Assembly (NCBI GenBank): GCA_022842995.1
Contig: JALHOM010000001.1
Coordinates: 77,985-141,984 of the forward strand
Direction of reading: 5' to 3'
Length of the DNA stretch: 64,000 bases
Source: Candidatus Saccharimonadota bacterium
Lineage (GTDB): Bacteria; Patescibacteriota; Saccharimonadia; Saccharimonadales; 2-12-FULL-41-12
Shown: piece by piece, positions 46,497 through 54,923 of the stretch
Layout of the letters: each line of letters starts with the position of its first letter
Position numbering within the stretch: the first letter of the stretch is position 1
Position numbers and translations under genes: made by a program
The notes under the pieces: model-generated
Databases searched by the model: none
The model's input: the letters and a program-made list of their open reading frames with translations, nothing else
What the model was told of the DNA's origin: nothing

Positions 46497-47549
46497 TTAC
46501 CCATCTTTAAGAGCTGCTTTGAGCTTCGTAATAATATCGACCGGGCTTGGGTCTAAGCCGTTCAGTAATGCTACGTATAGACTCACAAAATCGCCATATG
46601 CCATACCATAAAGCATTTGCCGCAAAACAGTCTGACCTTGCAACTGCACCACTCGAGCAGCTGGCCGTTTACCGCTGAGCATCCGATCACTTACCTCAAA
46701 GCGCTTGATAACCTGCGGATGGTCTAGACTACTCCGTAGATCAATAATTTTATACGGCTTATCTATCGGGTGAGACGTCCAGCCCAAAAACTCATTGTGA
46801 TTAAACTCGGGATATTCATTCCACCAGGCAACATTTTTGGCGTTTTCGTTAAAACTTATCTTCCATTTATAAGCTACCGATCTAAACTGCCGAGAAGCAT
46901 AAATCACCGGACTACTCCCCGCCAGCTCTAAAGCCATAGTTTTAGCCGGATTATCCTGCGTCTTCACGTCAGGCCTAAACTGCGCCGTAACTTCTTTTAA
47001 GACTTCAGCTTCCTTTTCGAGTTCTGCTACAATTTCTGGTCCCGCCAGACCAAATGCCTCCATAATCTCGGCCTGTGCCTTTAACAGATATAGTGCTCCG
47101 TAGCGTGGCTGGGTTATAACGGGAAGCTGCAAATATATCAGCGACTGCTCTTTAGCTATTTTTTCTAACTCGCCACCGCTCGACATCACCACAATCTGGG
47201 CTTTTTTGGCCAAGGCAGCGTGCAGTGCACTGACGGTTTCTTCGGTGTTTCCCGAATAACTGGCTGCGATAAACAGAGTGCTCGGGCCAACATACGAAGG
47301 TATAGAATAATCCCGCACAATCTCAAACGGCACGTTAGCGCCTGGCCAGGTTTTGTATAATTCTGCCCCAAGCGGTGAACCGCCCATCCCGGCATAGACT
47401 ACTTCGGTAATCTGATTCGTTTGCTTGGGAACGTTAAAACGATGCTCTAGTTGTTGCCACTGTTTTTCGGCCACGCCCAGGGCATCTTGCTTGTCCCGAT
47501 CGTGTATCATCTTTAAATCATCCAGTACCGACATATCTACCTCCGCCAA
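46497..47549 (-). CDS. Bifunctional phosphoglucose/phosphomannose isomerase
   Basis: GMGGS, SYSGNTEET, QPR, NENAK, PEFNHNE. Confidence 0.93.
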   Translation of the reverse strand: MAEVDMSVLDDLKMIHDRDKQDALGVAEKQWQQLEHRFNVPKQTNQITEVVYAGMGGSPLGAELYKTWPGANVPFEIVRDYSIPSYVGPSTLFIAASYSGNTEETVSALHAALAKKAQIVVMSSGGELEKIAKEQSLIYLQLPVITQPRYGALYLLKAQAEIMEAFGLAGPEIVAELEKEAEVLKEVTAQFRPDVKTQDNPAKTMALELAGSSPVIYASRQFRSVAYKWKISFNENAKNVAWWNEYPEFNHNEFLGWTSHPIDKPYKIIDLRSSLDHPQVIKRFEVSDRMLSGKRPAARVVQLQGQTVLRQMLYGMAYGDFVSLYVALLNGLDPSPVDIITKLKAALKDG

Positions 47550-47614
47550 AATTCTTGCCGATTACGCTTACTTTTTGCTACTATACATTGTAACAAGTAA
47601 GTCGTTATTAAGGG

Positions 47615-48118
47615 GTGGACATGTTTAACGATCAATCTTCCGATCAACACGGACAGAACAATACAGATATGGATCAGGTGGCACAGGATATTTCTGGGGC
47701 TCCGGCTTTTGGCTTAGGGCACAATCCTAGCTCTTTTAATCCAGTACTTCCTAGCCAACAGAACACTCCTGTTGCCGACACAAGCGCCCCACAAGACGAC
47801 AACGTTCCGGTCTCCACACCTACGATGTCCGCGCCCGCCCAAGATAGCATTACACCTCCCGTTGAAGTTCACGGCGAGTTAAACGACATCAAAACCAAGG
47901 CCCTCGAGCAACTTTCGCCACTCGTTCACAAGCTCGATCAATCACCAGAAGATCGCTACAAGACCTTGATGATGCTTATTCAAGCTTCCGACAACCAAGA
48001 TTTGCTCAAAGAAGCCTACGAAGCCGCCAACCAAATCAGCGACGAACAACTCAAAGCCGAAGCCCTACTCGGCGTCGTCAACGAAATCAACTACTTCTCC
48101 GCCAAACAACAGAGCTAG
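47615..48118 (+). CDS. Conserved hypothetical protein (disordered N-terminus, helical C-terminal domain)
   Basis: C-terminal LEQLSPLV...EALLGVVNEINYF domain; its duplicate differs mostly synonymously, supporting coding status. Confidence 0.8.
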   Translation: MDMFNDQSSDQHGQNNTDMDQVAQDISGAPAFGLGHNPSSFNPVLPSQQNTPVADTSAPQDDNVPVSTPTMSAPAQDSITPPVEVHGELNDIKTKALEQLSPLVHKLDQSPEDRYKTLMMLIQASDNQDLLKEAYEAANQISDEQLKAEALLGVVNEINYFSAKQQS

Positions 48119-48121
48119 AAC

Positions 48122-48487
48122 CTAACGTATCCCCATTTGTCTCAGCGCATCATCACCAGAAGCAGGAAGACCCGGAAGTTGAGTCTGGGTTACTGGATTG
48201 TCCGCTTTTACCCTCGTACCAAAATCACTTCCATCGGCATAATGCATGTCCGCCACAGGAGCTCCTTCGTTATCTACTCCAGAAACGACAATTACCTCAT
48301 GCGCTGCACCAGTAGCGCCAATTCGCTCTGCAATTGCCCTAGCCCTAGACCCCAGATCAGCTTCCTTGTATGTTAACGCACCGGACTCGCCTGTTGCCAC
48401 ACCTTTATCCAATGCATCCATTTCTTCAAGAGATACTGGTCCAAGAAGACGAACGCTTTTATTTTTTTCTAGTTTTAAATCTTCCAT
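48122..48487 (-). CDS. Orphan hypothetical protein (cassette 1)
   Basis: 121 aa, AAGGA SD, promoter at 48526-48554. Confidence 0.7.
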   Translation of the reverse strand: MEDLKLEKNKSVRLLGPVSLEEMDALDKGVATGESGALTYKEADLGSRARAIAERIGATGAAHEVIVVSGVDNEGAPVADMHYADGSDFGTRVKADNPVTQTQLPGLPASGDDALRQMGIR

Positions 48488-48525
48488 TTTTTTCCTTTTT
48501 TTATTTTTTAAATGAACATAATTCT

Positions 48526-48554
48526 AATGTATCATGCTTGTGCTTTTTTGTCAA
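48526..48554 (-). promoter_or_regulatory. Sigma-70 promoter with AAGCACAAGC spacer
   Basis: TTGACA-aaaaagcacaagcatga-TACATT; the 38-bp block is identical to 50405-50442. Confidence 0.75.
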
Positions 48555-48565
48555 TTGTCTTTTGT

Positions 48566-49450
48566 GGTTCATTAAACTAATACGGAACAGCCAGTAGAAT
48601 AAGTAGTTGGAAAAACACTTAATTCGAAAGGACTGTTCCGCAATGACTAGTCTAGCAGAGACACCAGGCGAAGTCTGGTGTCATAGATACATTTATCAAC
48701 TAACGTTCAGCACCAGGGGCTGTATACACTGTGCTGGCAAGCTCGTGTTCAAAAGCTCTCGTAGCTACGCTTGGTGTAAAACCTGTCGAGTTAAAATCTC
48801 AGCCAAAGCAGTTACGTGGCTTAGAAACAGTAACTTAAGCTATCGTCAAATCTACCAACTGCTCTGGTGCTGGCAGAAGCGAAAGGACCCTGGGTTCATT
48901 CATGACGCACCAGGGCTTAGTTACACGACAATAAATCGTTGGTATGAGCGCTTCCGCGCTCATCTACCGCAAGATGACTCTCGAAAGCTCCTCGTTGACC
49001 TGGTAGAGATCGATGAGTCATTCTTCGGTAAGAAGCGCTACAAAAACCAGAAGATCGTCATTGGTGCTATAGAACCGCAAACAAGGAGGATTAAGCTACA
49101 GATCATCACTGATCGTGAAGCAGAGACCTTTGAAGCTTTCGTCGAATCGAATGTTGCTAGCAGCTCGGTTGTCATGACTGACTCCCATCCTAGCTACAAT
49201 GACCTAGACTGTCTTGGCTATACGCATTACAGCTTTAATCACTCCAAGGGTGAATATACCAACACGAACCAAATCGAGAACCTGTGGGGAGTCATTAAGC
49301 GCTATATGAGAAAGCTCTATGGTTCTATTCCCACAAAACACTTGCAGTCCATTCTAGACGAATGGACTGCAAGACTGAACAGGCCAAGCCTGTTCATCTC
49401 ACCAGAAAACTACTTAGATGCTTGTTTGTTCCGGATTAGTTGACTGAACC
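48566..49450 (+). mobile_element. IS1595-family insertion sequence
   Basis: 24-bp TIRs GGTTCATTAAACTAATACGGAACA / TGTTCCGGATTAGTTGACTGAACC (21/24 match) around a transposase; no target-site duplication. Confidence 0.92.
48643..49443 (+). CDS. IS1595-family transposase
   Basis: Zn ribbon CIHC/CKTC, VEIDES, MTDS..Y, NH...TNQIENLWG. Confidence 0.92.
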   Translation: MTSLAETPGEVWCHRYIYQLTFSTRGCIHCAGKLVFKSSRSYAWCKTCRVKISAKAVTWLRNSNLSYRQIYQLLWCWQKRKDPGFIHDAPGLSYTTINRWYERFRAHLPQDDSRKLLVDLVEIDESFFGKKRYKNQKIVIGAIEPQTRRIKLQIITDREAETFEAFVESNVASSSVVMTDSHPSYNDLDCLGYTHYSFNHSKGEYTNTNQIENLWGVIKRYMRKLYGSIPTKHLQSILDEWTARLNRPSLFISPENYLDACLFRIS

Positions 49451-49668
49451 CCCTCGAGCAATTATCTCCGCTCGTAAATAAGCTCGACCAAACTCCGGAA
49501 GATCGCTACAAGACGTTAATGATGCTTATCCAAGCGTCCGACAATCAAGACTTACTCAAAGAAGCCTACGAAGCCGCCAATCAAATTGCCGACGAGCAGC
49601 TCAAAGCCGAAGCCCTTCTCGGCGTCGTCAACGAAATCAACTACTTCTCCGCCAAACAACAGAGCTAA
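49451..49668 (+). pseudogene. Diverged duplicate of the 3' 218 bp of gene 47615-48118
   Basis: Aligns ungapped to 47901-48118; 3 aa differences (H/N, S/T, S/A) and many third-position changes; starts exactly at the IS right end. Confidence 0.92.
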
Positions 49669-49678
49669 TTTCTGAATC

Positions 49679-50362
49679 TTAGGAGTTTAGTGCTACCCTG
49701 CCGAGTGGCGAAGAAACTTGAGATGTCAACTTTAGCGACTCTACTGCGGGATGCCTTTTTGCTCCATTTAGATATGTGTTGTTCGTCGGCCCCATATCCC
49801 GTATGTAGACATAGCCTCCTGATGATCCGACAACAAAATGCATATCAGAAGTAGTTCCATCAAACTTACCAGGATTCTCTTCGTCTTTCATACCTTTTCC
49901 AGCGTGAAACGCCTTTCCTACATTCATGAATTTGACATCGCCGTCGTAAGTCGGAGGGATTTCCACATATTCATATCCACCATCTTTTAAAGGTGCTAAC
50001 AGCCCATGAACATTCCTTTGCGGTACGTCTCCGCTCGGCGCTAACAGTTTATTGGATACTAAAATAAATTCCGTCCTTCGATTACTCGCCCCGGCGCCAA
50101 TCACGGCAAGCGGCAATAGTTCTCGTTCCCCGGATGCGCCCGGTTGCCTGAACTTTATGTAACCTTCTCCGTGAAGGACACTTTTATCAACCTCTAAGCG
50201 CTCTATCGACCCTTTCGGCATTGTAATTGGCTCGGTATCGCCATCTGGCAAATATTGTTGTTTTGTATCCCATACTTTTATTCCTTCCGGAAGCCTAACC
50301 CTGCTGGTATCTACCAAATCTGAAGGGTCTTGAATTAATTGTCTTTGACCTGATTCTGTCAT
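49679..50362 (-). CDS. Orphan protein with C-terminal FHA-like domain (cassette 2)
   Basis: VGK...TTSDMHFVV...VYIRDMGPTNNTYLNG resembles FHA GR/SxxH/DxxSxNGT motifs. Confidence 0.6.
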   Translation of the reverse strand: MTESGQRQLIQDPSDLVDTSRVRLPEGIKVWDTKQQYLPDGDTEPITMPKGSIERLEVDKSVLHGEGYIKFRQPGASGERELLPLAVIGAGASNRRTEFILVSNKLLAPSGDVPQRNVHGLLAPLKDGGYEYVEIPPTYDGDVKFMNVGKAFHAGKGMKDEENPGKFDGTTSDMHFVVGSSGGYVYIRDMGPTNNTYLNGAKRHPAVESLKLTSQVSSPLGRVALNS

Positions 50363-50405
50363 TTTTATTTATCCTGGTTTTTTATTTTTGATTATTTATG
50401 TAATT

Positions 50406-50434
50406 AATGTATCATGCTTGTGCTTTTTTGTCAA
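50406..50434 (-). promoter_or_regulatory. Sigma-70 promoter identical to 48526-48554
   Basis: TTGACA-aaaaagcacaagcatga-TACATT. Confidence 0.75.
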
Positions 50435-50532
50435 TTGTCTTTGTTGATATGTTGCTACTTCAAGCCAATAAAAAAGCGGCCGTTTCCAGCCACCTTCCCT
50501 AATTTCAATTTTCTAATTTCTAATTTCTAAGT

Positions 50533-50988
50533 CTACATTCCCTCGTCGCCAGTAGCTGGCAAAGCTGTGGCTGGTGTCGTAGTCGTCGATGCGTCACCAG
50601 TGCTCGGTGTCGATACTGGAGCTGGAGTAGTAGCAGACGTTGATGGAGTTGACGCAGCAGGAGAGCTACTTTGGCTCGAAGAGTTTGTAGAGTCGGTGGA
50701 TGTTGTAGGCGTCGAGCCTTGGTTGTCTGAGGCTTTGGTGTCTTCGTTCTTCTTGGATGATTCCGTGATAGTCTCTACTTTTTTGGGCTCGTTGTTATCT
50801 GAAAGACGGTTGTAGAGTGCCCGACCACCAAAGAACAGGCCGAGTCCAATAAGCAACGTAACAATAAGAGCAACAATGCCTAAAATAACCGCCACACCAG
50901 CTCGTTCACGGCGCTGTGACTGATAATACTGATTTACTTCCTCTGGAAGTACACTATTACTTTTGTTGGATCGTTTGAACAAAGCCAC
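50533..50988 (-). CDS. Membrane protein with Ser/Thr-rich stalk ending in LPATG
   Basis: One TM helix, S/T/P-rich tail, LPATG near the C-terminus. Confidence 0.75.
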   Translation of the reverse strand: MALFKRSNKSNSVLPEEVNQYYQSQRRERAGVAVILGIVALIVTLLIGLGLFFGGRALYNRLSDNNEPKKVETITESSKKNEDTKASDNQGSTPTTSTDSTNSSSQSSSPAASTPSTSATTPAPVSTPSTGDASTTTTPATALPATGDEGM

Positions 50989-51099
50989 TTCTTATCTTCT
51001 CCTAAAACTACTTCACTTGATAGGAAATGTAGTTATAACACGTCCTTTTTGGCTATTTTACTACAAAGTGGCTAGTTTATCAAGTTCTCGGTTTTTTGA

Positions 51100-51142
51100 A
51101 AATAAAATGACCCCGAGGATTTTGCCTGGGGTCATTTTATTT
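51100..51142. terminator. Intrinsic terminator
   Basis: AAATAAAATGACCCC-GAGG...CCT-GGGGTCATTTTATTT. Confidence 0.8.
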
Positions 51143-51155
51143 GCTGATTTATAGC

Positions 51156-51428
51156 TTAGGGTTTTGGTTTGCGGACTTTGAGAAGTGCAACACCGACTAC
51201 AACGCCAATTACCGCAGTAACAAGCTGGGCAATCAGGAAGTCGCTTGGCATGCCTGCGTCACCATACATACTGTCGTTAGACGAGAACCAGGGTGTTATG
51301 TAGGTTGAAAGAGTACCGAGTACGTATTGAGCACTGGTTCCGATGATTACTGCGGCGGTTATGGTACCAAACCAATAATCAACAACGCCCGTGGACTTAA
51401 CTTTTTTTGAAGTGACTTTTTTAGCCAT
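51156..51428 (-). CDS. Small two-TM membrane protein
   Basis: AAGGAG SD, TTGACG-17-TAACCT promoter, two hydrophobic helices. Confidence 0.75.
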   Translation of the reverse strand: MAKKVTSKKVKSTGVVDYWFGTITAAVIIGTSAQYVLGTLSTYITPWFSSNDSMYGDAGMPSDFLIAQLVTAVIGVVVGVALLKVRKPKP

Positions 51429-51512
51429 ATTTACTCCTTAAATATTGATTTAAGGTTATGCTAAAATGCGCTCAACGTCAATTGCCGTTTACGTAAAGCG
51501 CGGGAGAGACAA

Positions 51513-52424
51513 TTAGCCCAGACCCCTGCCACAATGCGGGAACGCCCCTAGGCCTTGTCTGCCGTACCAAATTCCACGTATAGCGATTAAGTCATACTCG
51601 CCTTGCTTTAGAATTCTTGTATTGAACGGCACGCCTCGATATCCATAAAGCTGCTCAACATCGGGAGCATGATTGTCTACGTATCCCCCTTCAGAATCAA
51701 ACTGATATGGACCTATATAATGGCCACCAGGAGAAACTGCGTCCACTCTATCTCCAGACTCACAATTACTCAAAGATTTCAAAACATATCTCCTAGCCGG
51801 GATTAAGTGTTTGAGTATCTGCTCACGGGGAGGAGCGAATCCGTAAACAGGATCGTATGGAACTCTAAAATACAGCCAGTCTGGCAATGGACCTAGTGGT
51901 AAATTGCGTGAACGAACGGGCTTTCGTTTGGCCTCGTTCCAGAACATCGTGTTCTTATCTTTCCAGTCGTTGAAGCCCGGTTTAAAACCGACTTTCTTCC
52001 AGCCACCGACTGGCACGTAATCAGGACCCCGCTTTTCCGGGCAAAACCGTGGGCCTGGCTTCGGCGTAACCCGACATCGCTTGGTAACTTTACGAATATA
52101 TTCGGCGCTAGCGGTTGAGGTTTCGCTTTTTTGCTCAGTCTCTTGGGCATGCGACATTACACGCACATTACCTGCGACCATTAAACTTCCCAGTGGTCGC
52201 GCCGGGGTTAATCTTCCCTCGGAGGCATCAAAACCTGCCAGTTGATCTGGATTACCTTGCTTTGTTGGTGACGCTGCATGAAGTTCCGGTACCTGTGCAG
52301 CCATAAGACCGCCACCGAAACTAATTGCACCTATCATAACCGCTGTGGAGCCTATTGCACTCCGTCGTAACCATGACATTTCTGGTGATCTGGTGCCATC
52401 CGAGCCTTTGCTCAAACGAACCAT
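51513..52424 (-). CDS. Secreted protein with Rpf/transglycosylase-like C-terminal domain
   Basis: LSNCESG...GHYIGPYQF...QGLGAFPHC matches the Rpf core (CESG, YGxxQF, QGxGAWPxC); N-terminal hydrophobic segment. Confidence 0.75.
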   Translation of the reverse strand: MVRLSKGSDGTRSPEMSWLRRSAIGSTAVMIGAISFGGGLMAAQVPELHAASPTKQGNPDQLAGFDASEGRLTPARPLGSLMVAGNVRVMSHAQETEQKSETSTASAEYIRKVTKRCRVTPKPGPRFCPEKRGPDYVPVGGWKKVGFKPGFNDWKDKNTMFWNEAKRKPVRSRNLPLGPLPDWLYFRVPYDPVYGFAPPREQILKHLIPARRYVLKSLSNCESGDRVDAVSPGGHYIGPYQFDSEGGYVDNHAPDVEQLYGYRGVPFNTRILKQGEYDLIAIRGIWYGRQGLGAFPHCGRGLG

Positions 52425-52462
52425 ATTGTTATTATAACATCAATAATATATCTTAGGCAAAC

Positions 52463-52488
52463 AAAAAGCCCGGAGTTACCCGGGCTTT
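52463..52488 (-). terminator. groEL terminator
   Basis: AAAAAGCCCGG-agttac-CCGGGCTTT. Confidence 0.8.
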
Positions 52489-52507
52489 ATTATCGCATTA
52501 ATGATGA

Positions 52508-54148
52508 TTACATCATGCCGCCCATACCACCCATATCTGGGGCGGCTGGGGCTTTTGGCTCAGGAACATCGACGACGAGAGCGCCCATGGTCATAGATGT
52601 GCCTGCAATGGAAACTGAGTTTAAAATCGCTTCTTTAGTCACGCGAGCAGGGTCAACAACACCACTCGCTTTCATGTCGACCAGCGAAGTTGGATCGTTA
52701 ACATTAACACCTTGACCAGCTTTGCCTTTTTTAACCTGAGGCAACCATTCGTCGGCGTTAAGACCTGCATTGGTCAGCAGGATTCTAAACGGCTGTTCGA
52801 GGGCGGTTTTGAGGATCTGACGGCCAGCAACTTCTGAAGTTGAGCCTTCTACCACAATGCCATCTGCAACGTTGACAAGAGTTACGCCACCACCCGGCAC
52901 AATTCCCTCGTCCAAAGCTGCTTTTACAGCCGCCACGGCGTCGTCGACGCGGAATTTCTTTTCCTCTATCTCGGTCTCGGTGGCTCCACCGACCTTTATG
53001 ACGGCAACTTTGCCAGATAACGCAGCTTTGCGACTGGTCAAATTATCGCGGTCGTAGCTCGACTTGGTATTGATAGCCTGGACGTCGATTTGGCCAATGC
53101 GCTTTTCGACTTCAGCCAGTTTGCCGGCTCCTTCAACAATAGTGGTCGCGTCTTTGGTAACGATCACCTTACGAGCTGAACCGAAGACCGTTTCGTCGAC
53201 ACTGTCGAACTTCATGCCTTGATCTTCAGTGATCACTTGGCCACCAGTTAAAATGGCAATATCCTGCAAGATATCTTTTCGCTTATCGCCGAATGAAGGC
53301 GCTTTGATAGCAACGACGTTCAAAACGCCCTTGAGCTTGTTGAGAACTAAGGTTCCGAGCGCTTCGCCTTCTAGGTCTTCGGCGATAATAAGAATATCTT
53401 TTTTGCCGGTCTGAGCTATCTTTTCAAGGACGGGTAAGAACTCTTGGATAGAGCTGATTTTTTTGTCAGTAATAATGATGTTTGGCTTGTCGAGAACAGC
53501 CTCCATGCGGGCCGTGTCGGTAACCATGTACGGGCTCACAAAACCACGATCAATCGTGAAGCCTTCTACAACTTCGCTCTCCAGACCAAGTCCTTGGCCT
53601 TGTTCAACCGTTACGACGCCGTCTTTGCCGACTTTGTCGATTACATCGGCAATTAACTCACCGATTTCTGGATCGCCAGCCGAAATAGTGGCGACTTCTG
53701 CGACGCGCTTTTTGTTGCTTTTGATATCTTCTTTAAGCTTATCGAGCTCGGCAATAACTTCGGTGGCGGCCTGTTCGAGACCCTTTCGAAGTAGCATCGG
53801 GTTATGGCCAGCAGCAATCAGCTTGTTGGCCTCGTTCAAGATATGATAGGTCAATACGGTAACGGTAGTTGTTCCGTCTCCTGCTACGTCGTTCATCTTG
53901 TTGGCGGCTTGCTTAATAAGTTCGGCGCCGACTTTGTAGCCCAAAGTTTCGTCGTCTACATCGGCGATTTCTACGCCTTTAGCTACGGTGACGCCGTCGT
54001 GCGTTACGGTTGGGCTGCCGTAGCTTTTGCTAATAACCACGTTGCGACCCTTTGGACCCATGGTTGTTTTGACCGCGTTATATAAGATCTGTGCGCCCGC
54101 TAGCACTCGCCTGCGAGCATCATCATCATAAAATACTTTCTTTGCCAT
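52508..54148 (-). CDS. groEL: Chaperonin GroEL
   Basis: TMGPKGRNV, AGDGTTT, KVGGATETE, GGM tail. Confidence 0.98.
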   Translation of the reverse strand: MAKKVFYDDDARRRVLAGAQILYNAVKTTMGPKGRNVVISKSYGSPTVTHDGVTVAKGVEIADVDDETLGYKVGAELIKQAANKMNDVAGDGTTTVTVLTYHILNEANKLIAAGHNPMLLRKGLEQAATEVIAELDKLKEDIKSNKKRVAEVATISAGDPEIGELIADVIDKVGKDGVVTVEQGQGLGLESEVVEGFTIDRGFVSPYMVTDTARMEAVLDKPNIIITDKKISSIQEFLPVLEKIAQTGKKDILIIAEDLEGEALGTLVLNKLKGVLNVVAIKAPSFGDKRKDILQDIAILTGGQVITEDQGMKFDSVDETVFGSARKVIVTKDATTIVEGAGKLAEVEKRIGQIDVQAINTKSSYDRDNLTSRKAALSGKVAVIKVGGATETEIEEKKFRVDDAVAAVKAALDEGIVPGGGVTLVNVADGIVVEGSTSEVAGRQILKTALEQPFRILLTNAGLNADEWLPQVKKGKAGQGVNVNDPTSLVDMKASGVVDPARVTKEAILNSVSIAGTSMTMGALVVDVPEPKAPAAPDMGGMGGMM

Positions 54149-54190
54149 TTACTTACTCCTCATTCTTTCGGGTTGTTAGCATAGTCTCAG

Positions 54191-54240
54191 CTCATAACTC
54201 ATAACTGATAACTGATAACTGATAACTGATAACTGATAAC
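54191..54240. repeat. Heptamer tandem repeat CT(C/G)ATAA x7
   Basis: ctcataa x2 then ctgataa x5, between groES and groEL. Confidence 0.9.
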
Positions 54241-54242
54241 AC

Positions 54243-54536
54243 TTATTTTACCGTCGCCAGGACGTCCTCTTCTCGAACTAAAATATAGTCTTGATCGCCG
54301 ACTTTAACATCGGTAGTGCTGTAGCTTTTATACACAATTTTGTCGCCAACTTTAAGGTTGACCGGGATCCGTTCGTTGTCGTCACCGACCTTCCCGGGAC
54401 CAACAGCTACGACAACTGCCGTCTTAGGTTTTTCGGTTGCGTTGTCTGGTAAATAGAGACCGCTTGCCGTCTTGTTGCTGGCTTCTTCTACCTGAGCAAC
54501 GATGTAGTCTGATAAAGGATTGATTGGGACTGGCAT
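54243..54536 (-). CDS. groES: Co-chaperonin GroES
   Basis: PLSD, KTASGLYLPD, AVGPG, KVGD. Confidence 0.97.
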   Translation of the reverse strand: MPVPINPLSDYIVAQVEEASNKTASGLYLPDNATEKPKTAVVVAVGPGKVGDDNERIPVNLKVGDKIVYKSYSTTDVKVGDQDYILVREEDVLATVK

Positions 54537-54574
54537 TATATATCCTCCTGTTATAGCAATGTTATAAAGGTTCG

Positions 54575-54632
54575 TTAGCGCTCTCTCGCATTGAGCGCTA
54601 ACGATCTAGCACTCAATATATACGAGTGCTAA
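54575..54632 (-). promoter_or_regulatory. Tandem CIRCE elements (HrcA operators) overlapping the groES promoter
   Basis: CTAGCACTC-N9-GAGTGCTAA (54606-54632) and TTAGCGCTC-N9-GAGCGCTAA (54575-54601); promoter TTGACG-17-TATATT. Confidence 0.9.
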
Positions 54633-54923
54633 AAGTGCGTCAAGAGTCCGTCTAATTACCGTATCTTCTGGCTAGTTTCCGGTATCTACGGACTTCTACT
54701 GCCATAGGCAACGACACTCCTGAACGTGTACCCTCCTCAGTCTGTTGACGCGACTCATTATAAATAATGGCGTTGTTATGATTACGTTAGTGTTATTAAT
54801 ATTTTTGATAGGATAACAATATTGTGCTACTATTTTTAGTAATCTGAGCCTTAAGAGTGGTGTGGCGCCATGTGGGCTGAGCTTTGTAATTGACTAAAGA
54901 CAACACTAATTATTGATAGGGTT

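Noticed and set aside
54191..54240. CRISPR or coding phase-variation tract
   Set aside because: Simple intergenic heptamer repeat without spacers, outside coding sequence
54650..54920. Cyclic-dinucleotide riboswitch upstream of the GT2 operon
   Set aside because: Could not identify GEMM or ydaO consensus elements by eye; an Infernal/Rfam scan would settle it
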